A DNA stretch of 61,588 nt, counting the filler. It is 7 parts of 7 records of this genome, joined end to end, with 100 filler letters (N's around TTAATTAATTAA, not from the genome) between each part and the next. Parts side by side here need not be neighbours in the genome. Positions count along the whole stretch, not along the records: positions 50,734 to 56,300 come from SRR31156797_13283; positions 56,401 to 61,588 come from SRR31156797_13293; 5 more parts are not named here. One strand, 5' to 3'. The notes beneath the pieces were generated by a model. It had not been told where the DNA came from. It ran no database searches and saw only the letters and a list, made by a program, of their open reading frames with translations. Below are positions 50,734 through 60,081 of the stretch, piece after piece. Position numbers and translations under genes: made by a program. How positions within the stretch are numbered: the stretch's first letter is position 1; every line of letters begins with the position of its first letter.

Positions 50734-50950
50734 GCAGGCTCTGGCGCGCCCCTTGGCCTGGGCGGAGTAAATGATTGTTTAAGTCATTTCAGTTTGCGCG
50801 AGGGGCGGAGCACCCCCGCATTACCTGTGATGCCAAAGCAATATCTAACTCTTGTTTCATTGTAAGCCGTGCTAATCCATGGTTAATTAATTGCGTTGGA
50901 TTTTATCTCATGTTCTCCTACCAATCAGGAAATTAACCACACAAAATATT

Positions 50951-51667
50951 TTATCCCGGTATCCTGCCCCTGGCGCCAAGGGAAAGGTCGTGGCAGGGCA
51001 GAACAATATCTGCCATATCCTTTATTTTCTGAGCGCTTTCGAGAGCCTGAATCGCGTCAAGGTGAACGCCGGGCGTCACAACGGGTCCGTTTTCCGGGAA
51101 GTTTTTATCATAGGCGCAAAAACCGGTTATGATCGCTTTACCGGCGGAAGTGTTCACGGCCACTGACTGGCCGCCCGGCGTGTGTCCGGGAGTGAATATT
51201 ACGTCTACGCCTGGGACGATTTCCCTGTCGCCTTCAATAATGGTCAGGTTCAGATCGTCCAGCAGATCCGGGAAATACCTGTGGTCGATGGGATGGGGAT
51301 TAAGGGCGAAATCGTATTCGGCTTTTTGAACGAATACTTCAGCGTTGACGCATTTATATGTGTTTTCACAGTGATCGTTATGCAGGTGGGTCTGAATGAC
51401 AATGTCAACATCTTCGGGCGCCAGGCCCGCCTTGGCCAGGGCTTCTTCGAACTCGAGAACTTCGAAGCCGTACTTGGGGCCTATATCCGGGGGGACCATA
51501 AAGTCTTCCAATCCTGTGTCTATTAAAATATTTTTATCTCCGCCCGAAAGATAAAACACATATATGGGCAGATGTATCCTGGTTCCGTAACCTCTTTGAT
51601 AGGTCATTATTCCCTGGTCGGTTTCATTGACCCCGACCACAAAAGGATGAATTACATATTCGGTCAT
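50951..51667 (-). CDS. N-acyl homoserine lactonase-family metallo-beta-lactamase fold hydrolase
   Basis: IDTG, THLHNDH, TPGHTPG, PCHD. Confidence 0.85.
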   Translation of the reverse strand: MTEYVIHPFVVGVNETDQGIMTYQRGYGTRIHLPIYVFYLSGGDKNILIDTGLEDFMVPPDIGPKYGFEVLEFEEALAKAGLAPEDVDIVIQTHLHNDHCENTYKCVNAEVFVQKAEYDFALNPHPIDHRYFPDLLDDLNLTIIEGDREIVPGVDVIFTPGHTPGGQSVAVNTSAGKAIITGFCAYDKNFPENGPVVTPGVHLDAIQALESAQKIKDMADIVLPCHDLSLGARGRIPG

Positions 51668-51713
51668 TTTTAATCGCCTCTCTGGTCCCGATTGGGACGC
51701 CTTGTTTACAACA

Positions 51714-52673
51714 TCAATAACTGGCGGTCCAGGATAAAACGAATCCCTTGTTTTTAGGGGCGTAACCCAAACGCCAACCGTGTTCGCGGCGCAAGCGTTT
51801 AATAAATTCTTCTTTTACTTCCCGGTTGTGTATGTGGGCGCCGTTGACGGCATTGTAAATATTCCCGCCGTACCATCCGATTTCCATGAGGCCGAGCAAA
51901 GTGAATACGGCCCAGTTTTCGCTATTGTAGGCCTCTACGGTTCCATACAGGAAAGCGGCGTTAAGGCCGAAAGCCAGGGCCGCATCAACCGGCCTGCCGT
52001 TATATAGCTGGCCCGCTCCAGGTAATATGCCGGAAAGGACTCCCGCGGTTGTCGGAGATTTAAAGGAAAGGTCATTCCCCTGCAGGGATTTATCAGCAAG
52101 GTCCATGGCCGAGCTTTTTAACCGATGACTTGTGGATACCGAATCAAACGCCTCTCCGGCCGCCGTCCAATTGCCTCTTTCCAATTGCATCCAGCCAAGT
52201 CTGTACCGGGCGATGTTGCTGATGTCTTCTTTATGATCCGTCGGCAGGGAAGGTTCCACGGCCAGCCCTTTATAAAAGGCAGCGGCGTCATCGGCCAGTC
52301 CCAATCTTTCCAGGCACTTTCCAAATTCAATCAATGCCTTTGCAGAAAGGTCGGGCCTTTGGGTTTGCTTGATAACCGGTAAATAAGCCTGACGGGCCTG
52401 TTCGTATTTGCCTGCTTCAAAATAAGCCCGTGCGATTAATATTTCCGCTTCGATCCGCCTTGCATCGTCCGGGTTTAAAAAGATAAACCTTTTGGCCTCG
52501 GTAATGGTCCGGTAATAATCGCCTTCATTGAAAAGGTGCTTGGCGAAATCCAGGTAAGGATCGGGAGCCTCCCCGGCCGCGGCCGGGATTGCCGGGCTGA
52601 TTAATATAATAAAAAAGAGGGCTGCAATGATTATTGAGGCTCGCCCGCGAAGTCGATCTTTAAGAGTGTTCAC
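51714..52673 (-). CDS. Exported TPR-repeat protein with C-terminal hydrophobic domain
   Basis: Signal peptide, TPR-like helices, KSPTTAGVLSGILPGAGQLY motif. Confidence 0.8.
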   Translation of the reverse strand: MNTLKDRLRGRASIIIAALFFIILISPAIPAAAGEAPDPYLDFAKHLFNEGDYYRTITEAKRFIFLNPDDARRIEAEILIARAYFEAGKYEQARQAYLPVIKQTQRPDLSAKALIEFGKCLERLGLADDAAAFYKGLAVEPSLPTDHKEDISNIARYRLGWMQLERGNWTAAGEAFDSVSTSHRLKSSAMDLADKSLQGNDLSFKSPTTAGVLSGILPGAGQLYNGRPVDAALAFGLNAAFLYGTVEAYNSENWAVFTLLGLMEIGWYGGNIYNAVNGAHIHNREVKEEFIKRLRREHGWRLGYAPKNKGFVLSWTASY

Positions 52674-53368
52674 GGAGCCTCCTTTGCTCTTTTCAGCCAG
52701 TAGTCGTTTAATTCAAGCGGATCGTAATGAAGCATTCGTCCCTTCTGACTGACAAAAGGCGGCTTACCCGCGGTTGTGGCTTCTCTCCAGAACCGGTCTA
52801 CATAAATGAACGATCCCAGCAGCGCTCCGTGCTTATTAATGGCCTGGATGGCGTAATTGGAGCAATTGGGATATGAAGGACATGAGGAATGCCTCGACTT
52901 GAATGTTCTGAGATGATCCTGGTAGAATTTTACCAGGCCTGTTAAAATTCCGCCTTTGGCAGAGTCTTTATGATCGTGCGAGTTTCCGCCCTGGCTGGTG
53001 CAAAGACCCGAGGACCAGGGAGTGAAGGCTTTGGAACAGGCGGAGTTGCTGCTGATCTTTTCCATGCAGCTTTTCAGCAAATCTTTTGCTTCACCGGTCC
53101 GAGTATGATTTGGATGAAAAAACAGGAAGCGTTTGGCTTCGGAAGAAGCCCGGTGATAATCCTTTTCCTTATAGAGAAGGCAAGCAAAATCCAGAATGGC
53201 GCTTTCAGAAGATACTTTTTTATTCGAAGTTCCTGCAAGTGATGACGGCGGCGCGGCTATGGATATAATCATAAACAAAAGAGAAAAGCAAATTTTATAC
53301 ATTAACGCCATTAAGCGAATCCTGTTGTCCGGATTGAAAATGAAAGACATTACTATGGAAATGTCCAA
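52670..53368 (-). CDS. TPR-like + YidD (membrane protein insertion efficiency factor-like) domain protein
   Basis: FYQ..L, CPSYPNCSNYAIQAINKHG..LG...DRF YidD signature, preceded by a signal/TPR segment; start uncertain. Confidence 0.72.
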   Translation of the reverse strand: MDISIVMSFIFNPDNRIRLMALMYKICFSLLFMIISIAAPPSSLAGTSNKKVSSESAILDFACLLYKEKDYHRASSEAKRFLFFHPNHTRTGEAKDLLKSCMEKISSNSACSKAFTPWSSGLCTSQGGNSHDHKDSAKGGILTGLVKFYQDHLRTFKSRHSSCPSYPNCSNYAIQAINKHGALLGSFIYVDRFWREATTAGKPPFVSQKGRMLHYDPLELNDYWLKRAKEAP

Positions 53369-53556
53369 AGAACGATTTCAAAAACGACCCCTGGCACAAT
53401 ATCAGATTTTTTATATGAATTAGTAGCTAAAAGTTATTTCGGGGAAAACTTGAATCCGGGTCGCATGTTCAGGGATTGTATAAATGTGTTTTGAGTGCTA
53501 TCAATGTGCGGCTTAGGCGTTATAATGCCGGGAGCAATAAAAAGGCGGAAATAATT

Positions 53557-54741
53557 ATGAGGGTTTGGCTTAAGGATAAAGGGATAAAATCGGTGATGAG
53601 GCGCCATCCCTGGGTTTTTTCCGGGGCTGTCGATCGCGTTGATGGAGAATCCGAGCCGGGTGACGTGGTCAGGGTTGTGGACAGGAAGGGCAATTTCCTT
53701 GCCTGGGGATTTTACAATCCGAATTCGAGAATATCGGTCCGCCTGGTCGACTGGTCGGAAAAACAGGTCATTGATGAAAAATGGTGGGAAACAATCATAA
53801 CGCGATCCGTGGAGCGACGTATTGAACTGAGAAACAGGTCGGACTTGTCCGCGTTCAGACTTGTTTTTTCGGAAGCCGACTTCATTCCCGGTTTGATCGT
53901 GGACTGGTATAACGGATATATCGCGCTGCAGGCCTTGACGCCGGCTGTTGAAAAAAAGAAAGAGTTTGCGGCCGGCATATTAATGGAGCTTATGGATGGC
54001 CGGGGCGTTTACGACCGAAGCGACCCTGAAGCGCTGTCGCTTGAAGGCATGGAGTGCAAAAATGGCTTGATCGCGGGCTCGCGGCCGCCGGAATCAGTCG
54101 AAGTAAAAGAAGGCGGATACAGTTTTCTGGTTGATATCGCCGGGGGGCAGAAAACCGGATTTTTTACGGATCAGCGGGCAAATCGGAATATAGCGGCCCG
54201 GTTCGCAAAAGACCGGGATGTGCTGGACTGCTTTGCCCACACTTTTGCTTTTTCAGTATACGCGGCGGGCGCGGGCGCTTCTTCGGTCGTGACTGTGGAA
54301 TCTTCGTCTTCAGCATCCGAAATGGGCCGGGCCAACCTGAATTTAAATGGTTTTTCTGAAATTCCCGGGGAAACATACGTTGCGGATGCCTTTAAGCAAC
54401 TCAGGGAATTCAGGGACAGGGGGCGCTTTTTCGATTTTATTATTCTTGATCCGCCGAAGCTGGCGCCTACCAAATCCCAGGTTTCCAGGGCTTCGAGGGC
54501 GTACAAGGATATCAACCTGCTGGCCTTTAAGCTGCTCAGGCCGGGCGGGGTGCTGGTTACGTTCTCCTGCTCTGGAGGAGTGGACCAAAACCTGTTCCGA
54601 AAAATTATATTCGGCGCTTGTCTGGACGCGGGGCGCGAAGCCCAGGTAATATCATTGTTGGGGCAGGGGAGCGACCACCCCATTCGCTTGTCTTTTCCCG
54701 AATCGGAGTATTTGAAGGGAGTTGTTTGCAGGGTTCTTTAA
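53557..54741 (+). CDS. rlmI: RlmI-like class I SAM-dependent rRNA m5C methyltransferase
   Basis: RHPWVFSG PUA, EADFIPGLIVD, GQKTGFFTDQR, LDPPK, TFSCSG, EYLKG. Confidence 0.85.
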   Translation: MRVWLKDKGIKSVMRRHPWVFSGAVDRVDGESEPGDVVRVVDRKGNFLAWGFYNPNSRISVRLVDWSEKQVIDEKWWETIITRSVERRIELRNRSDLSAFRLVFSEADFIPGLIVDWYNGYIALQALTPAVEKKKEFAAGILMELMDGRGVYDRSDPEALSLEGMECKNGLIAGSRPPESVEVKEGGYSFLVDIAGGQKTGFFTDQRANRNIAARFAKDRDVLDCFAHTFAFSVYAAGAGASSVVTVESSSSASEMGRANLNLNGFSEIPGETYVADAFKQLREFRDRGRFFDFIILDPPKLAPTKSQVSRASRAYKDINLLAFKLLRPGGVLVTFSCSGGVDQNLFRKIIFGACLDAGREAQVISLLGQGSDHPIRLSFPESEYLKGVVCRVL

Positions 54742-54879
54742 TCCCGTAATGGGGGCGTAATTCCCCCAAGTTTGCTTCGACTATGAATCGGCCTTGCCTC
54801 GTTGCCTGGTACGGGGTAGTTGGTTTATCGCCCATGTTTTACTATTGACATGACCGGCGAGAAATATGGTAATATTCAT

Positions 54880-55072
54880 GCTGTTTCAGCATCCCGGAAC
54901 ACGGTGTAAATCCGTGGCGGTCCCGCCGCTGTAATCGGGGACGGATGTTGCAGGACTTTGTCGGCCACTGACGGGTTTTAACCCGATCGGGAAGGCGCAA
55001 CAACCGGAAGATCCGAGAGCCAGAAGACCTGCTGAAACGAGCGCACTAAAGCGCTTCTATACGCGGGATAGC
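54880..55072 (+). ncRNA. Cobalamin riboswitch (atypical 5' end)
   Basis: GGAACACGGTGTAAATCCGTG, GCGGTCCCGCCGCTGTAA, GCCACTG...GGGAAGGC, B12 box GAGCCAGAAGACCTGC; L5 TCCCGC complementary to GCGGGA at 55063-55068; upstream of cobT. Confidence 0.9.
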
Positions 55073-55085
55073 CGATGGTAAAGGC

Positions 55086-55123
55086 AACCCCATACGAGAT
55101 CTTTGTTTCGTATGGGGTTTTTT
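55086..55123 (+). terminator. Riboswitch expression-platform terminator
   Basis: AACCCCATACGA/TCGTATGGGGTT stem followed by T run, before the cobT start. Confidence 0.85.
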
Positions 55124-55174
55124 GTTTCCGCGTTAATAAAAGACGCCGGTATGAGCGTCGCAAGGAGAAGCAAG

Positions 55175-56230
55175 ATGGAAGAAAAACTGAAAAAGATAAT
55201 TGAAAGAATAGCTCCGCTGGACAGCGAGGCCATGGAAGCAGCGACCTTACGGCAGAATGATTTGACAAAGCCCAGGGGATCGCTCGGCGTTCTGGAAGCC
55301 ATGTCCATACAGATCGCCGGCATCCAGGGCAAAGCCCGGCCAAAGCTTGAAGAAAAGGTCATTTTCACCCTGGCCGCGGATCATGGCATTGCGGCCGAGG
55401 GAGTAAGCCCCTATCCAAAGGAAGTCACGCCGCAAATGGTCATGAATTTCTTAAACGGAGGAGCGGGTATCAATGTTTTATCCAGGATGGCCGGCGCTCG
55501 CGTGGTTGTGGCCGACCTGGGAATTGATTTTGACTTTCCCCCCGATATGGCGCCCCTGGATATGAAAATTGCCAGGGGAACGGCCAACATGCTCAATGGT
55601 CCGGCCATGAGCCGTGAAGACGCGGTCAAAAGCATTATGGCAGGCATTGAGCTAGTGGACAAGGAGTCGAAACTGGATATCCTGGGCACTGGTGATATGG
55701 GAATAGGCAATACATCCCCCAGCAGCGCCATAACATCGATTATGACCGGAAAACCTGTGAGTGAAGTCACAGGGCGCGGCTCCGGACTCGACGACAAGGG
55801 ATTGACCGCCAAAGTGGACATGGTTGCCAAGGCGCTGGAAGTTAACCAACCCGATCCAAGCGACCCCATTGACGTTCTGGCCAAGGTCGGCGGGTACGAA
55901 ATAGGCGGTATCGCCGGACTTATAATCGGCGGCGCCCTTCGCAGGGCCGTGGTTGTAATTGACGGATTTATTTCCGGAGCCGGAGCATTGATCGCTTGTT
56001 CACTGGCGCCCGCGGCCAGGGACTATATAATCGCCGCTCATCAGTCCGTGGAAATAGGACACCGGTATCTGATGGCGGAATTGGGCCTCAAACCCCTGTT
56101 AAACCTTGATTTCAGGCTCGGAGAAGGAACGGGCGCCGCACTGGGAATTTACATGGCGCAATGCGCTGTTTCCATTCTGGATGAAATGGCTACCTTCGCC
56201 GAAGCGGGCGTTTCGGATAAGGAAGAATAG
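55175..56230 (+). CDS. cobT: Nicotinate-nucleotide--dimethylbenzimidazole phosphoribosyltransferase
   Basis: LTKPRGSLG, ADHG, GDMGIGNT, RLGEGTGA, MATFAEAGV; start at ATG 55175 after AAGGAG. Confidence 0.96.
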   Translation: MEEKLKKIIERIAPLDSEAMEAATLRQNDLTKPRGSLGVLEAMSIQIAGIQGKARPKLEEKVIFTLAADHGIAAEGVSPYPKEVTPQMVMNFLNGGAGINVLSRMAGARVVVADLGIDFDFPPDMAPLDMKIARGTANMLNGPAMSREDAVKSIMAGIELVDKESKLDILGTGDMGIGNTSPSSAITSIMTGKPVSEVTGRGSGLDDKGLTAKVDMVAKALEVNQPDPSDPIDVLAKVGGYEIGGIAGLIIGGALRRAVVVIDGFISGAGALIACSLAPAARDYIIAAHQSVEIGHRYLMAELGLKPLLNLDFRLGEGTGAALGIYMAQCAVSILDEMATFAEAGVSDKEE

Positions 56231-56274
56231 TTCCGGAAAAACTGTTATTCGAATGTTGACGCGCCCCTATCTCT

Positions 56275-56300
56275 CGTTCCCAGGCTCCTGCCTGGGAACG
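56275..56300. repeat. REP-like palindrome at contig end
   Basis: CGTTCCCAGGC-tcct-GCCTGGGAACG, perfect 11-bp arms. Confidence 0.7.
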
Positions 56301-56400
56301 NNNNNNNNNNNNNNNNNNNNNNNNNNNNNNNNNNNNNNNNNNNNTTAATTAATTAANNNNNNNNNNNNNNNNNNNNNNNNNNNNNNNNNNNNNNNNNNNN
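56301..56400. other. Artificial contig spacer
   Basis: 44 N + TTAATTAATTAA + 44 N. Confidence 0.99.
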
Positions 56401-56401
56401 C

Positions 56402-56869
56402 ATCCCCTGGAACATCATCCTGCTGTTCGCAGGTGCCATGTCCATCGGTTTCTGTCTCTGGGATACCGGCGCGGCCAAGTGGATGGCGGTCAACTGGCTG
56501 GTTCTCTTCCAGGAGTCAAGCGGATTTATCTTCATCATGTCCATCGCCTTCTTCGTAATGATGATGACCAACTTCATCATGAACGTAGCGGCTATCGCAA
56601 TATCTCTCCCGGTGGCACTTGTTATCGCGCCTTACCTCGGCGTGGCCCCGGAAGTTATCCTCTTCGCAGCTCTGGTTGTTGCGGGTATGCCTTTCCTCCT
56701 GCTGGTAGGTGCGGCTCCCAACGCAATCGCATACGATTCCAAGCAGTTCACAACCGGGGAATTCTTCATGTACGGTATCCCCGCAAGTGTCATACTGATG
56801 ATCGTAACCGGCATCTTCGTCAAGTTTGTATGGCCCATCATGGGTATGCCCGTAGCCTTGCCGGGTTAG
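56402..56869 (+). CDS. SLC13/DASS family permease, C-terminal part
   Basis: IPWNIILLFAGAMSIG, TNFIMNVA, AAPNAIAY. Confidence 0.88.
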   Translation: MPWNIILLFAGAMSIGFCLWDTGAAKWMAVNWLVLFQESSGFIFIMSIAFFVMMMTNFIMNVAAIAISLPVALVIAPYLGVAPEVILFAALVVAGMPFLLLVGAAPNAIAYDSKQFTTGEFFMYGIPASVILMIVTGIFVKFVWPIMGMPVALPG

Positions 56870-56906
56870 CAATATAGGGTTATAAGGGACTATTAAACAT
56901 AGGGCA

Positions 56907-56939
56907 GGACGGTTCCGGCAAGGCGTGCCGGAACCGTCC
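56907..56939. repeat. Perfect 14-bp intergenic hairpin without U-tract
   Basis: GGACGGTTCCGGCA-aggcg-TGCCGGAACCGTCC. Confidence 0.75.
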
Positions 56940-57010
56940 GACTTGTACAAACCCTGCTGCCGGTTTCCGCCTACGACTTCCGGTACTCAACCAAAAAGCG
57001 AGAAGGATTT

Positions 57011-58450
57011 ATGAAACAGCTGAATAAGCTTATTGACCATATTGTCAACCGTGTGAATGTTAACCTGCGCGAGCCCCTTGTGGATGTGGGCCCCTACATC
57101 AAGGGCCTTATCCCCGAAGACAGCTTCGCGCTCTATTACGCGTTCTACTCCCTGACAAACAACCACCCGCTCATGTTCAACTTCCGTCACTCCAGCATCG
57201 GCGGGACCTACTTCCTCGGCAAGTGTAAAGTAAACCACTCTATCCTCTATAAGAGTGATATCCGTGGTGACGAACTCAAAAGAAAAGGCAGTGAGATTGA
57301 AATCAAAGGGCAGAAGATCAAGCTCCGCGACGACGAGGTAATTAAGATCCGCGACAGTTTTCTGATGAAAACCCTTGTCCACAACAACTCCCACGACCCT
57401 GAAAACCTTGAGTGCTTCAAAATTTCAAACACCGTGTCCCTGCACTACGCAAACATTCACGGTACTTCCGTGGAAGGCTGTTTCCTTGAGCCTTTCTCCT
57501 CCGTTGACCTTTCCATCTGCCACGACTGTGCAGTAGGAGCATATTCTTACGTCCAGGCCGGGGAACTTTCCCACAAACGCATTAAAGCGGGCCGGGTCTG
57601 GGTCAAGGCAGACGGCGCATTTGAATTCAATTACCAGTACCCTGAAGAAATCCTCGCCAAGTACATCCGCATGGAAGACAACAGGCCTAAGGGGATTCTC
57701 ATGGACTTCTTTGATGAGCGCAAAGAAGACTTCGTCCCCATCTACTCTTCAGTTAAACCTGAGCTTACCATCGACGTTCCTGAAGGAGCATCGGTAAGCC
57801 CTTACGCAGTACTCAAAGGCGACTGCAAGGTGGACAAAAATGTTCTGGTGGCCCAAAGGTCATACATTGAGAACTCCACCCTCGGCCCCGGTGCCAACGC
57901 ACAGGAAAACTGCTACATCATCAATTCCGTCTACGAAGGTGAAGTTGTTACCCCTCACGGCGGTAAGGTTATCTACACCCATATGGGTAAACGTTCTTTC
58001 GTGGGCTTCAACTCTTTCCTTAATGGTAAGGAAGACGCTAAAATCGAAGTAGGAGCAGGAACCATATTAATGCCGCACACTATTATAGATGCGGATGAAC
58101 CTATTAAAATACCTGACAACTATCTCGTTTGGGGCTATATCAGCAAGCAAGAAGATCTCGAAATGCACTCGATTCCTCTCTCTGACTTCGCTGCACTCAA
58201 AGGCCAGTTCCGTCTCGGCAACATGACCTTTGAAGGTATCGGAGCTAAATTTGTTGATGGATTCCGGCACCGTATCGAACATATTCTCGAAGCCAACGGT
58301 GCTTTCTGGGATGGAACCGAAGAAACCGCGGGCCATTCCCAGCAGACTCAAGACATCTCCTTCAATATCCTTCAGCCTTATCCTGAAGGAGAATTGCAGG
58401 GACTCTATCCGGAACTGACAATCGACCCGCTGGTTCCCAGTGATCTTTAA
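57011..58450 (+). CDS. Left-handed beta-helix protein with two gamma-carbonic-anhydrase-like halves
   Basis: Hexapeptide periodicity; LVHNNSH and LHYANIHG in half 1; NAQENC, PHGGKVIY, FVGFNSFL in half 2. Confidence 0.7.
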   Translation: MKQLNKLIDHIVNRVNVNLREPLVDVGPYIKGLIPEDSFALYYAFYSLTNNHPLMFNFRHSSIGGTYFLGKCKVNHSILYKSDIRGDELKRKGSEIEIKGQKIKLRDDEVIKIRDSFLMKTLVHNNSHDPENLECFKISNTVSLHYANIHGTSVEGCFLEPFSSVDLSICHDCAVGAYSYVQAGELSHKRIKAGRVWVKADGAFEFNYQYPEEILAKYIRMEDNRPKGILMDFFDERKEDFVPIYSSVKPELTIDVPEGASVSPYAVLKGDCKVDKNVLVAQRSYIENSTLGPGANAQENCYIINSVYEGEVVTPHGGKVIYTHMGKRSFVGFNSFLNGKEDAKIEVGAGTILMPHTIIDADEPIKIPDNYLVWGYISKQEDLEMHSIPLSDFAALKGQFRLGNMTFEGIGAKFVDGFRHRIEHILEANGAFWDGTEETAGHSQQTQDISFNILQPYPEGELQGLYPELTIDPLVPSDL

Positions 58451-58499
58451 AGAAACCACAGATCACTAGGTTCCACACAAAAGGCAAAAGGAGTAACCC

Positions 58500-59990
58500 G
58501 TGCCCAAAACAATGTCACAGGCGCTGCAGAAGAACCTCTTAGGCAATTCTCCCGACTGGTACAAACTCACTATTATCGGATTTTTAATATTAAATCCGGT
58601 TCTTATGGCTGTAGCCGGACCGTTTATCACCGGTTGGGTGCTGATCGGACAGTTCATTTTTACTCTGGCCATGGCCCTCAAGTGCTACCCCCTCCCCGCA
58701 GGTGGTTTGCTTGCGGTTGAAGCAATCGCCCTTGGATTGGCTTCACCCGAAACGGTCTATAATGAGACAGTACTGAACTTCCCGGTAATTCTGCTGCTGA
58801 TGTTCATGGTTGCAGGTATTCATTTTATGAAAGACATGCTCCAGTATGTTTTCACTAAAATTATTACCCGCGTGAAATCGAAGATCGTGATTTCACTGCT
58901 CTTCTCCATTTCAGGTGCAGTCCTGTCCGCATTCCTTGATGCACTGACCGTTACTGCTGTAATTATCGCTGTTGCCTATGGGTTCTACGGAATATACCAC
59001 CGCTTTGCATCTACCGGTAAATGCTCGCTGTCTGATGACACCATGTTGCGCGGTGAATGCGTAAGCAATCTCAGTGAATTCCGCGGCTTCCTCAGAAACC
59101 TGATGATGCACGGTGCCGTTGGTACTGCATTGGGTGGTGTTTGCACCATCGTAGGTGAGCCCCAGAACCTGCTTATCGGTAAAACCATGGGTTGGGAATT
59201 CATAGAGTTCTTCATCAGAGTAGCTCCTGTATCCATGCCTGTACTGGCTGTAGGCCTTGTGACCTGTATCATGCTGGAAGTAACCGGTATCTTCGGATAC
59301 GGCTACCAGCTGCCCCAGAACGTGCGTGAAATTCTTGAAGAGGAAGACCGCAAAAACGACGAAGAAATGAGCCTCAAGAAAAAAGCAGCCCTGTTCACTC
59401 AGGCTTGCGCGGCTGTTTTCCTCGTTCTCGCTCTGGCATTCCATATTGCGGAAGTAGGTCTCATCGGCCTGACCGTTATTGTTGTGCTTACCGCGCTTAA
59501 CGGTATCACCGAAGAACATCAGATCGGACACGCATTTGAAGAGGCCCTGCCCTTTACCGCGCTGCTGGTTGTCTTCTTCGCTGTTGTAGGCGTTATCCAC
59601 GAACAGCACCTCTTTGCCCCGATCATTCATTACGTGCTCGGCCTTGAAGGTAAAGTTCAGCTTGCAGCTTACTACATTGCCAACGGCGTGCTCTCCATGA
59701 TTTCAGACAACGTATTTGTTGCGACAGTATACGTTTCTGAAACCCTGAAAGCATTCCAGACCGGCGTTATCGATCGTGCGCAGTTCGACCTGCTCGCAGT
59801 TGCAATCAACACCGGAACCAACATTCCCAGTGTTGCAACTCCTAACGGACAGGCAGCTTTCCTGTTCCTGCTGACCTCCGCCATAGCTCCGCTCATCAGG
59901 CTCTCATACGGCCAGATGGTCAAGATGGCATTCCCCTACACCATTACCATGTCCATCACCGGCCTCGCCGCGACCTGGTACTTCCTGTAG
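58500..59990 (+). CDS. nhaB: Na+/H+ antiporter NhaB
   Basis: [59 protein letters not shown]. Confidence 0.95.
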   Translation: MPKTMSQALQKNLLGNSPDWYKLTIIGFLILNPVLMAVAGPFITGWVLIGQFIFTLAMALKCYPLPAGGLLAVEAIALGLASPETVYNETVLNFPVILLLMFMVAGIHFMKDMLQYVFTKIITRVKSKIVISLLFSISGAVLSAFLDALTVTAVIIAVAYGFYGIYHRFASTGKCSLSDDTMLRGECVSNLSEFRGFLRNLMMHGAVGTALGGVCTIVGEPQNLLIGKTMGWEFIEFFIRVAPVSMPVLAVGLVTCIMLEVTGIFGYGYQLPQNVREILEEEDRKNDEEMSLKKKAALFTQACAAVFLVLALAFHIAEVGLIGLTVIVVLTALNGITEEHQIGHAFEEALPFTALLVVFFAVVGVIHEQHLFAPIIHYVLGLEGKVQLAAYYIANGVLSMISDNVFVATVYVSETLKAFQTGVIDRAQFDLLAVAINTGTNIPSVATPNGQAAFLFLLTSAIAPLIRLSYGQMVKMAFPYTITMSITGLAATWYFL

Positions 59991-60016
59991 GAACTGCTCT
60001 TACAAATAATTGAATT

Positions 60017-60056
60017 GAAGCCCCTGCCGAGTAGATCGGCAGGGGCTTTCTCTTTT
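60017..60056. terminator. Terminator after nhaB
   Basis: AAGCCCCTGCCGA/TCGGCAGGGGCTT stem with T-rich tail. Confidence 0.8.
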
Positions 60057-60081
60057 GCAACGACATTTCAAACAGCAAAAT

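Noticed and set aside
50951-51667. Quorum-quenching role for the lactonase-family gene
   Set aside because: The family is broad, and the Asp/Tyr region of true AHL lactonases reads TGFCAY here; substrate cannot be assigned
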